In this document: one piece after another, positions 34,503 to 42,103 of the stretch
How the letters are laid out: the number at the start of each line of letters is the position of its first letter
How positions within the stretch are numbered: the stretch's first letter is position 1
DNA from: an uncultured Candidatus Peribacteria bacterium
GTDB lineage: Bacteria > Patescibacteriota > Gracilibacteria > UBA1369 > UM-FILTER-53-11
Length of the DNA: 48,044 bases
Reading direction: 5' to 3'
Assembly: GCA_964354865.1 (NCBI GenBank)
Contig: CAYHBN010000002.1
Location: 1-48,044, forward strand
Translations under genes and position numbers: made by a program
The notes under the pieces: generated by a model
What the model was told of the DNA's origin: nothing
The model's input: the letters and a program-made list of their open reading frames with translations, nothing else
The model's database searches: none

Positions 34503-34531
34503 AGAATAGCGGATTCACGAAGAAATGTCAA
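34503..34531 (-). promoter_or_regulatory. Consensus promoter for the Panacea TA operon (leaderless)
   Basis: On the minus strand: TTGACA (34531-34526), a 17-nt spacer, TATTCT (34508-34503), then 7 nt to ATG 34495. Confidence 0.7.
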
Positions 34532-34638
34532 GATTCTTTACAATACCGTAATAATTTGCATATTTTATAGATTTTGTATTAATTCTAATTACCAAAAATC
34601 CCGAATAACTAAAATTTGGCTCACAGATTAAACCCGCC

Positions 34639-35505
34639 CTACTCAATCACCGGCGGCTCTCTATAGAGCCCGTAGTCATTGTTACAATACGTACTATAAT
34701 CGTAATCCATTGAGCAGGCTACGAAGTACAATTTGCCGTTAATATCGTAAAAACGACCCCATGATGCAAAGGCAAGGGTGGGCACGCCTTTTACATTTGG
34801 CGCCAAAATTGGATGACCATCATAAAAAACACCAAATCCTTCAAAACCAGGATCATTGCTTACCATTGCGACCTTATTGTTGATCTTAAACGTGCTTGTT
34901 CCTGACACCGAATATGATGGCTCGTTATAACTTCCGTTTATTTGCCACTCCTCATACACTTCGTTGGTGTATGGAACTCGCGTAACTCCATCGAAGATAA
35001 CTGCTGCCGGTACAATATCTCCCTTGTGAGCAGGCAGTGTTTCGCCTTTTTGAAAATGATAATCGAGAATGATCAACCGCTTTGGATCTTTTGGAGAAAC
35101 AGCTATGTTTGGGCGCTGTGAATTCTGGTTGTCGCGGAATGGTCCAAATTTCTTGCCATCACGTGAGACAAACCAGTTGCCCTTTTCGAAATACATAAAG
35201 GCATACGAATCACCATACGACACAAGGTCTGTTATTTTTTCGTAGGTTGGTTGATCGTCAATACCTCCGATAACGAGGTGATCACGTCCTCCACTTGTTG
35301 CAGAAAAAATAACGGGGCCATTGTTATCCAAATATATAACCTGACCGATGAATTCATAAGCACCACCAATACGATCAAACGTAATTGGTTCTTTAGAGGC
35401 AGGAGGGATTGCATTCGGCTGCATTTCTTCTGGGGGCGACCACGGCAAAGTACAGGCAGATAGGGAAAGTAAGAGCAGCGAAATAGTGAGGATTTTGAGA
35501 CGCAT
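34639..35505 (-). CDS. Lipoprotein of unknown function
   Basis: MRLKILTISLLLLSLSAC contains a lipobox. The remainder looks beta-rich. Start set at ATG 35505. Confidence 0.6.
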   Translation of the reverse strand: MRLKILTISLLLLSLSACTLPWSPPEEMQPNAIPPASKEPITFDRIGGAYEFIGQVIYLDNNGPVIFSATSGGRDHLVIGGIDDQPTYEKITDLVSYGDSYAFMYFEKGNWFVSRDGKKFGPFRDNQNSQRPNIAVSPKDPKRLIILDYHFQKGETLPAHKGDIVPAAVIFDGVTRVPYTNEVYEEWQINGSYNEPSYSVSGTSTFKINNKVAMVSNDPGFEGFGVFYDGHPILAPNVKGVPTLAFASWGRFYDINGKLYFVACSMDYDYSTYCNNDYGLYREPPVIE

Positions 35506-35524
35506 AAGGGGATTGTATATCACA

Positions 35525-36229
35525 TCAAACACCATTTATGCTAGCACGAACCGCCGCTTGCAGATCTGAGACCTGGTTGGGAACGGGAATTTCTTGAATA
35601 TATTTGGGCTTTAAACTCTGCGCATCGGGGCCAGCCATGCGTGTTGCTGTATCTAGTTGGCGCAAAAAATACTCGGCGCCTTGTACTATTGCGTTAGGAT
35701 GTTCGCTCGTACCCAGTTGCCGTATTACATGGTCTTGCAGCGCAAGGAGTTTTTTTCTACAAAGTGGATCGGTAAGTAGACTCGCCGGAAGTTTGACCTG
35801 GAATTTTTCTCTCTGTGGAGCGGGACGCATACCGTACTCGTTAGCCGCTACCGTCTGGGGAGGTGTTTCGATAGAGAGCAGATAACCCGCAACCTCTTCT
35901 GGCGTACGCGCTTGCTTTTGAATACCCCCATTCGATGCTCCAACTCCTACAATACGTACTGTGGTACCAACATCTTCTGGAGAATCTCTCATCACGCCTT
36001 TTGTCGTAATAACATCACGGTACAACGTAGAATTCTGACTTCCATCTTCACTACTCACGCTAACGTATCCTTGAAAATTAAAGGTCGGCGCTCTCCAGTT
36101 TTGATTATCAGCATGATACAGATTCTTTAGTGGTTCACATGGAACATTTTGAGCAGTAACAAACTGATCTGTAGTGATCGTGGGGAGGGCGAGGGGAACA
36201 TCTGGAATTTCGTTTATTACATCACTCAT
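35525..36229 (-). CDS. Hypothetical protein (234 aa)
   Basis: Uninterrupted ORF co-directional with its neighbours. No motif recognised. Confidence 0.5.
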   Translation of the reverse strand: MSDVINEIPDVPLALPTITTDQFVTAQNVPCEPLKNLYHADNQNWRAPTFNFQGYVSVSSEDGSQNSTLYRDVITTKGVMRDSPEDVGTTVRIVGVGASNGGIQKQARTPEEVAGYLLSIETPPQTVAANEYGMRPAPQREKFQVKLPASLLTDPLCRKKLLALQDHVIRQLGTSEHPNAIVQGAEYFLRQLDTATRMAGPDAQSLKPKYIQEIPVPNQVSDLQAAVRASINGV

Positions 36230-36259
36230 ATGTCATGCTATACCCATAATTAACGTATT

Positions 36260-36535
36260 TTAGTTATCTAAAACACCAGTGACGTCTTCGCTCGTGTCGT
36301 TTATAGATTGATCTAAAATGGCTCGAGCTTCCTCATATGATAACGTGCCGTTTCCTACTACTTCACGACTATCATTTCGATCAACCGTTACTAGTTTTTC
36401 ATGATGGTGAGGACCTGAAGCCTGCAATCTTGCTGGAACGCGTTCTAATGAATGGCGAGGGCCGCCGACGACCCAAAGAGTATGATCCTTAGGATATTCA
36501 CTTAAGTCTGGTTTTCGTCCGTGTTCTGTTCCCAT
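36260..36535 (-). CDS. Hypothetical protein (91 aa)
   Basis: ORF preceded on the minus strand by TATAAT about 38 nt upstream. No motif recognised. Confidence 0.4.
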   Translation of the reverse strand: MGTEHGRKPDLSEYPKDHTLWVVGGPRHSLERVPARLQASGPHHHEKLVTVDRNDSREVVGNGTLSYEEARAILDQSINDTSEDVTGVLDN

Positions 36536-36667
36536 AAATATATTGAGTTAAATAGTTAAAGTAACTAGAATTATACTAACTTATTCGAGAGATGTCAATA
36601 CCCCAAATAAGCCTAAATAACCAATACTAGACCTAATTTAGCCATACTTCCTCTTGAGCATAGGGAT

Positions 36668-36874
36668 TTATTCTATGATACCAAGTGATTTAAGCAGTTC
36701 GTCTGGATCGTGACCGGCTACTATGAGTGCACCAAATGCCGCCCCAAGTGCGTCCGCAGCATCTTCCATGCTCGCAATATCATCGCATTCAGACGGATCT
36801 ATAAATGCTTGGCAGGCATCGGCAACTATCTGTGAAGTGAGGTCTTCGGGTATTTCTAGGTCATCGAGATCCAT
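36668..36874 (-). CDS. 68-aa acidic protein, cassette copy A
   Basis: About 50 of 68 residues are identical to the 37872-38078 product (hand alignment). Conserved ADAC...SECDD and DPDELLKSLGI. TATACT lies 6 nt upstream of the ATG. Confidence 0.65.
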   Translation of the reverse strand: MDLDDLEIPEDLTSQIVADACQAFIDPSECDDIASMEDAADALGAAFGALIVAGHDPDELLKSLGIIE

Positions 36875-36906
36875 GAGGGGAGTATAGCGGAGGGCTTCAG
36901 AGTTAT

Positions 36907-36945
36907 CTCACCCATACCTTTTTTTCGGCACGATCAACAAAGTCG
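36907..36945 (-). pseudogene. Remnant of the 3' end of a second SemiSWEET gene
   Basis: 33 of 39 nt are identical to 37617-37655, which holds the last codons and the stop of the intact SemiSWEET gene. The remnant translates as ..LLIVPKKRYG* versus ..LLLVLKKRYG*. Confidence 0.6.
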
Positions 36946-36948
36946 TTT

Positions 36949-37362
36949 TCACACAGTTATCTGTATCTCTCTCGATTTACCGTTTAAGGTGAGTTTCAAC
37001 TTATTTAAAAAACCATTTTGACCAAGAAGAATCGTCGTACCTGATTCCGAAAAATAAACGTATGAGTGTAATTGAGTTTTTCTAAAACCACGTTTTTCAA
37101 GGACAATATCAACTTCAATTGGGGATCTGTAGATTGTAAAATAACTGCCTCCTGCTCCTACAAGAGTGTATTGCGGTTGCCCTTTCAAGTTGAGCCCCAA
37201 GATACCAGCAATTTCAATAGGAAGGATACTGTAATCAGCACCAGAGTCGATCAACCCAAAGGATTTAAACTCCAAACCATTTGCATAAAAAGTGACCGGA
37301 ATCAACGGCCGCCATAAACGATCTTCTGCCAAACCAAGAGCCTCAATATAAGGGAAAATCAT
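36949..37362 (-). CDS. Retropepsin-like (clan AA) single-lobe aspartyl protease, copy A
   Basis: LIDSGADYSILP contains the D-S-G-A catalytic motif. At 137 aa it implies a homodimeric active site. Roughly half its residues are identical to copy B. Confidence 0.7.
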   Translation of the reverse strand: MIFPYIEALGLAEDRLWRPLIPVTFYANGLEFKSFGLIDSGADYSILPIEIAGILGLNLKGQPQYTLVGAGGSYFTIYRSPIEVDIVLEKRGFRKTQLHSYVYFSESGTTILLGQNGFLNKLKLTLNGKSREIQITV

Positions 37363-37365
37363 ATT

Positions 37366-37536
37366 CTATCCAGCCATCAAGCCATTAGGAATAAGTGCGT
37401 ACCGAATAGTGTTGTGATCTTTTCGAGTAGCAACTTTATTAGTCAGTTTAATTAATTTTTTATCACTATCAATGACTTTGCTATTTTTGACAGCAATCCA
37501 TCGGCCAAGATATTTTTTCTCAATTTTCAAAGGCAT
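37366..37536 (-). CDS. DUF5678-like small protein, copy A (56 aa; below the ORF-track cutoff)
   Basis: My translation is MPLKIEKKYLGRWIAVKNSKVIDSDKKLIKLTNKVATRKDHNTIRYALIPNGLMAG. The KYxGxWIAxK motif is shared with copy B. The stop is 3 nt upstream of the protease ATG. TAGCAT lies 6 nt upstream of the ATG. Confidence 0.6.
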   Translation of the reverse strand: MPLKIEKKYLGRWIAVKNSKVIDSDKKLIKLTNKVATRKDHNTIRYALIPNGLMAG

Positions 37537-37617
37537 ACTCTAATGCTAGCCCAACGCACTTTTCGGTGCAAGAAAACCATTTTAAACCTGAACTAACTCT
37601 GAACCAACAGATTGCAC

Positions 37618-37866
37618 TCACCCATATCTCTTTTTCAGCACAAGCAACAACGTCGCCCCTACGAACAAAATCACATTGGTGACCCAGATGAAGGGATCCA
37701 TTTTCATGAGTCCGTAGACGATCCAAAAGAATCCATTGAGCATGCCAATCAAAATTCCCGACCACGCAATATCGCGCGTATGCTTTGTTTTAAACGAGAC
37801 CCACACTTGTGGGAAAAATAACAAGCTAGCGGTGATAGAGCCGAGAAGGCCGAAGAGGGGGAGCAT
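37618..37866 (-). CDS. SemiSWEET / PQ-loop sugar transporter (3 TM, 82 aa)
   Basis: Three TM helices with a PQ motif (LLFFPQVW) and a basic loop, matching the typical size of bacterial SemiSWEETs. Confidence 0.7.
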   Translation of the reverse strand: MLPLFGLLGSITASLLFFPQVWVSFKTKHTRDIAWSGILIGMLNGFFWIVYGLMKMDPFIWVTNVILFVGATLLLVLKKRYG

Positions 37867-37871
37867 GGGGA

Positions 37872-38078
37872 TTATTCTAAGATACCGAGTGATTTGAGGA
37901 GTTCGTCTGGATCCTTATCAGCAGCTATGAATGCGCCATATGCCGCGCCAACTGCATCTATAGGATCTTCCATACCGGCGATATCATCACATTCAGAGTC
38001 ATCAATAAATCCACGACACGCATCGGCAATTTCTTGAGGAGTGAGGGCTTCCGGTATTTCTAAGTTATCGAGATCCAT
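37872..38078 (-). CDS. 68-aa acidic protein, cassette copy B
   Basis: Paralogue of the 36668-36874 gene. TATACT lies 6 nt upstream of the ATG. Confidence 0.65.
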   Translation of the reverse strand: MDLDNLEIPEALTPQEIADACRGFIDDSECDDIAGMEDPIDAVGAAYGAFIAADKDPDELLKSLGILE

Positions 38079-38113
38079 GAGGGGAGTATATCAAAAGACT
38101 TTTAAACTCTCGA

Positions 38114-38527
38114 TCACCCAACAATCTGTATTTGTTTATTCTTCGCGTTCAGTGTGACTTTCAGTTTGCTCAAAAATCCACTTTGGCCAAGCAGAATAGC
38201 ACCCTCAGTATCTGAAAAATAGACGCGAGAATTAAGCGCGATAGTTTTACATCTTTTTCTTTTCAAGATGATTTTTATGTCAGTAGGAGCTCGGTAGGTA
38301 TTGAAAATATTTCCGCCGGCTCCACACACTGAATAGCTTTGGAGTTTAGTGAGATTAATGCCTAATTTCACTGCTACGCTCATGGGAAGTATCGTGTCGT
38401 CTGAACCAGAATCTACCATGCAGTAGTCGCTATATATCAAACCATTGAATGAAAATTGTACAGGAATAAGGGGACGCAAAATGCGCTCCTCGAACCTACC
38501 CATTAACTCGATGTAAGGGAAAATCAT
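38114..38527 (-). CDS. Retropepsin-like (clan AA) single-lobe aspartyl protease, copy B
   Basis: MVDSGSDDTILP (a D-S-G motif). 137 aa. Shares the N-terminal MIFPYIE and LRPLIPV segments, GAGG, and ILLGQSGFLSKLK with copy A. Confidence 0.7.
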   Translation of the reverse strand: MIFPYIELMGRFEERILRPLIPVQFSFNGLIYSDYCMVDSGSDDTILPMSVAVKLGINLTKLQSYSVCGAGGNIFNTYRAPTDIKIILKRKRCKTIALNSRVYFSDTEGAILLGQSGFLSKLKVTLNAKNKQIQIVG

Positions 38528-38549
38528 AGAGACTAAATAGTTTACTGTT

Positions 38550-38741
38550 CTACCAATTCATATGAGCAAAGCCACCAACCAAACGCCCTTTTGGAACGAG
38601 CATATATGAAATATCTTCTTCGTTGCGTTTATCAAATTTAGCTTTGAGTTTATCGCCATCATTTCCACTACCAATAACTTTAAGATCTTTGATGGCTATC
38701 CATTTGCCCTGATACTTGTACTCGATTGTAAGATGTTTCAT
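38550..38741 (-). CDS. DUF5678-like small protein, copy B
   Basis: MKHLTIEYKYQGKWIAIKDLKVIGSG... aligns with copy A. The ORF track extends to a TTG at 38762. ATG 38741 is preferred from the alignment. Confidence 0.55.
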   Translation of the reverse strand: MKHLTIEYKYQGKWIAIKDLKVIGSGNDGDKLKAKFDKRNEEDISYMLVPKGRLVGGFAHMNW

Positions 38742-38841
38742 ACGCAAAAGATTATTGAACAACTCAATGCTAGACCAATGCGCTTATTGGAGCAAGAAAA
38801 CCATTTTAAACCTGAAATAATTATGAACAGGCAGGGAAGAT

Positions 38842-39123
38842 TTATTCTGTAAACTTTGGCCAACGGTTATATCCAACCACAGGATTATTAGAGTCGAACT
38901 TTTTAATAAACTCAACCTCCATGGCATTTACTTCTTCGTTCGAAGCATCTGGTGATTGCCACAATATTTCACGCCGAATTGTAAAATCCTTCCTTTCTTC
39001 TTCGCTAAAATCCTGTTCGAGAAGTTTACTATCAGGGCTTCCGAAATATCGAAACGTACCGGTCAAATCTTTTCCAACGTATATTTTACCGTTTGGGTAG
39101 GTGATTTTATAAATCCATTTCAT
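38842..39123 (-). CDS. Stand-alone GIY-YIG nuclease-domain protein (93 aa)
   Basis: WIYKITYPNGKIYVGKD (GIY...YVG), a downstream Arg (TIRREIL), Glu (NAMEVEFI) and Asn (GYN), in the order expected for a GIY-YIG catalytic core. No DNA-binding extension. Confidence 0.55.
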   Translation of the reverse strand: MKWIYKITYPNGKIYVGKDLTGTFRYFGSPDSKLLEQDFSEEERKDFTIRREILWQSPDASNEEVNAMEVEFIKKFDSNNPVVGYNRWPKFTE

Positions 39124-39144
39124 ACAGAGTAATTAAAAATAACT

Positions 39145-40461
39145 TTACGCTCCATACGCCACCTCAAACACCCCCTGTATCATCTCTGGGATTTTTGCCT
39201 CTGGTACCCCTGCAAATGCAACGCGTAGGCCGGCAGCGCTCGGCACGACACCAATTTTTTTTTCGGTAAGGAGTCGCTCGGCGATAGCCTTCGAGTCTGA
39301 GCCAGGAGTGTTGATGAAACAGAAGAATCCGCCATTACATGGGTCGAGTTTTAACTTCGCAGGACCGTACTTTGCGAATCCCTCTTCGATCGCCGCCATC
39401 ATAACTTTCCAACGTGCTCCGAGCATGTTAATCGTGTCGCCACACTCTTTGTCTACGACCTCCATTTTGTCCATAAGTGCATCTGCTAAAAGTTGTCCGT
39501 GGTGGCTAACCTGAGAAATTTCACCGCGTACGAATCCACCAATTTTTGATGCCAGTTCAGCGTTCAGTGTTGCTTTTTCTTCTTCGGTAAAGGCATGTCC
39601 GTCGAGTGAATTTACAAATGCCGTAATGAAGGCGACGCGGTATCCGTAGGCCAACATAACTTTTGAAATGCCATCTAATTTAAGTACTGAAAAGTTTGGG
39701 TGTTTCACGAAAACATGTGGCAAGATTGAGGCCTTGCAACCAACTGAGTCGTAGACGTATCCCTCGTAGGCGTCGTCTAATACCGCGACAAATGAGACGG
39801 CTGGGAACTCTGTGCACAATGCATCGAATCCTACACCGATTTTTTTTGCATCTTCGGGTGAAGGCATGAACCCCGTTTGATTGTGAGGAAAGTTTATAAG
39901 CATCACCACCTTTTTAGATTTCTGTGCGAGCTCGCGTGCACTGTCGATTAAATATTGTGGATTAAATTTTCCCGCCTCATCGAAAAGTTTAAACGTTGCG
40001 ATTTTAATTTCTTGTACGTCGGTAAAAATATGTTCGTAGTTTTCCCATGATTTTTCTGCGGTCAAAATAGTGTCACCGGCGTTCAATAACAAACGACCTG
40101 CGAGCGCAATCGAGTGGGTAATTCCATTCGTCACAATCGGCATCGTTGCGTTGTTCTCAAATCCAACAGCGTTTTTCATCATTCGAGCCATCCATTTTTT
40201 TCGTAACGATTCAATACCGGGAATCGGAGCGTACGCAAAAACTTTTCCCTTTGGAGCGCGCGCCAAAATCGCCTCACCGACAAATTCCCGTGCGCATGGC
40301 ATGTGAGAAATTGTACCGTCATCATCTTGCGCAATGCCGATCGTTCCATTAATCGTCGCCTCTTTTGACGCGCGGTTACTCCAATAAAAAATACCTTTAG
40401 GAGTTTCCATCGTTGAACCAACCTTTGAAAGTGCTGAGAAGAGTGAAGTTGAAGAGAGCAT
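39145..40461 (-). CDS. PLP-dependent aminotransferase, class I/II (aspartate aminotransferase-like)
   Basis: Fold-type I pattern: NFPHNQTG, DDAYEGY, and LDGISKVMLAYGYRVAF with the Schiff-base lysine. Confidence 0.75.
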   Translation of the reverse strand: MLSSTSLFSALSKVGSTMETPKGIFYWSNRASKEATINGTIGIAQDDDGTISHMPCAREFVGEAILARAPKGKVFAYAPIPGIESLRKKWMARMMKNAVGFENNATMPIVTNGITHSIALAGRLLLNAGDTILTAEKSWENYEHIFTDVQEIKIATFKLFDEAGKFNPQYLIDSARELAQKSKKVVMLINFPHNQTGFMPSPEDAKKIGVGFDALCTEFPAVSFVAVLDDAYEGYVYDSVGCKASILPHVFVKHPNFSVLKLDGISKVMLAYGYRVAFITAFVNSLDGHAFTEEEKATLNAELASKIGGFVRGEISQVSHHGQLLADALMDKMEVVDKECGDTINMLGARWKVMMAAIEEGFAKYGPAKLKLDPCNGGFFCFINTPGSDSKAIAERLLTEKKIGVVPSAAGLRVAFAGVPEAKIPEMIQGVFEVAYGA

Positions 40462-40562
40462 TGAGAAGAGGATTAGGAATTGGCGATATTCTACATGACG
40501 CCTACGCGCATTGACAAAACCTATTTTATTGATACAATGCGCTCCCGAATCTCGTTTATTAT

Positions 40563-41123
40563 ATGAGCTTAAACCTAGAAAAACTCGTAATTACAGCCGT
40601 TCTCGCCGCGTGTGGTCCGAAAAATGGAGAACCCACTACTGAAGTAACAGGCACCCGTAATCAAATCTACACAAAAGTTGTGAATAACGTGGAAGAAATT
40701 TCACGATTTAGCGGTATTAGAAATACCTATGCAAAGCTCAAAAAACTCTCTGAGGAAAAACATGCTGGAGCAAGCGCAAATTTACCAGATGTACTCTCTT
40801 TTAAGACAGCGCATGGCACGCTTGTTACAGTCAAAATAGTCTCAAATGGACGACAACTCATGATTGAAAACAACTACGACATTTTATTCCTCGACCTAGG
40901 TACACAAACACCTTTTGAAGGAGACTGTATTCAGCTAAACGACAGCCGATACTGCAAGACAGATGACCCGTCGATCGACGGCACTATTTCACGTGGGCTC
41001 GAAGCCGCATTTAAATATAACTCGGGCACCAAAAACGTATTTGCCGCCTTTGGAGTATCTCCCAAAGCATTTCCCGAAGATCGCGCGCAAAAAATAATGA
41101 CTGAACTTCTGAAGCACCTATAA
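40563..41123 (+). CDS. Lipoprotein of unknown function
   Basis: LVITAVLAACG contains a lipobox. TTGACA-16 nt-TACAAT promoter at about 40511-40538. Confidence 0.55.
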   Translation: MSLNLEKLVITAVLAACGPKNGEPTTEVTGTRNQIYTKVVNNVEEISRFSGIRNTYAKLKKLSEEKHAGASANLPDVLSFKTAHGTLVTVKIVSNGRQLMIENNYDILFLDLGTQTPFEGDCIQLNDSRYCKTDDPSIDGTISRGLEAAFKYNSGTKNVFAAFGVSPKAFPEDRAQKIMTELLKHL

Positions 41124-41138
41124 TATTACCAATACACC

Positions 41139-41534
41139 ATGCCACTATTTGATGATGAATTTAAAACAGTAGATGCAGACGCACCAGAAGAGACTACTGA
41201 TGTTGAGGAAACTCTCGACGCGCAGCCACAAGCCGAAGCAGTAGACCCTTCACTCTCATCGATGGAAAGCGATACAGAAATCGCGCGTCGCGAAGCAATG
41301 GCGAAATTTCTTGCAGGATATGTTAATTCGGGAGCCAGCATTCAAAGGTTTTTTGACAATCTCAATCCTAATGAATTAAGAAACATCGGAGCAGACCTGG
41401 TTGCCAAAGAGCACATAAAGCCAACTGACATTGGTGCACATGAGCGTGATACTTCAAGTGATATTAGAAAGATGAGAGACCCAACAGGAGTTGCACAACA
41501 AGTGAGAGCGCTGATTTCTAAATTAATGAGCTAA
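41139..41534 (+). CDS. Acidic hypothetical protein (131 aa)
   Basis: ORF with an acidic N-terminal half. TATAAT lies 15 nt upstream. Confidence 0.45.
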   Translation: MPLFDDEFKTVDADAPEETTDVEETLDAQPQAEAVDPSLSSMESDTEIARREAMAKFLAGYVNSGASIQRFFDNLNPNELRNIGADLVAKEHIKPTDIGAHERDTSSDIRKMRDPTGVAQQVRALISKLMS

Positions 41535-41660
41535 GGGATATCTAAATCCGGAGTAGTTCAGAGTTTGTTCACAATCCGTTCACGACTTTCAAAGGGTCTC
41601 GTCAGACATGACACTACTGTGTCAAGTACTTGGTATATATATGTGCTATCATTATTTACT

Positions 41661-42071
41661 ATGGATTCAAAAAAACTCGGGAATGTTGGTGAAGAAATTG
41701 CGACGACGTACCTGAGAGAGCGTGGATACCAGGTTATTGAACGCAATTTTTATATTCGTGGCGGAGAGATTGATTTAATTATGCTCGATGAAAAAACGCT
41801 CGTATTCGTTGAAGTTAAAACGCGTACTCAAACGGATTTTGGCAGTGGAATAGAGGCAATCACTCGCAATAAAAAGAGGATTCTAAGACGCACAATGCAG
41901 ACGTATATAGAGAAGATAACCGCACCAAGCAACAAAGAGAACCAAAACGCTGACAAAAATCCTATAATAAAATTCACCACTATTCGCTTCGATGTAATTT
42001 CACTAGAACTTGACCTACAAAACAGCCGCGTAAAAAAACTAACACACATTAAAAACATTGACATGAGTTAG
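41661..42071 (+). CDS. yraN: YraN-family (UPF0102) endonuclease-like protein
   Basis: GNVGEEIATTYLRERGYQVIERNFYIRGGEIDLIM...LVFVEVKTR is the restriction-endonuclease-like core. Start set at ATG 41661, 8 nt downstream of TGcTATCAT. Confidence 0.8.
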   Translation: MDSKKLGNVGEEIATTYLRERGYQVIERNFYIRGGEIDLIMLDEKTLVFVEVKTRTQTDFGSGIEAITRNKKRILRRTMQTYIEKITAPSNKENQNADKNPIIKFTTIRFDVISLELDLQNSRVKKLTHIKNIDMS

Positions 42072-42103
42072 ACACAAGAGCTCTCAAAGTACATACTGTA
42101 AAC

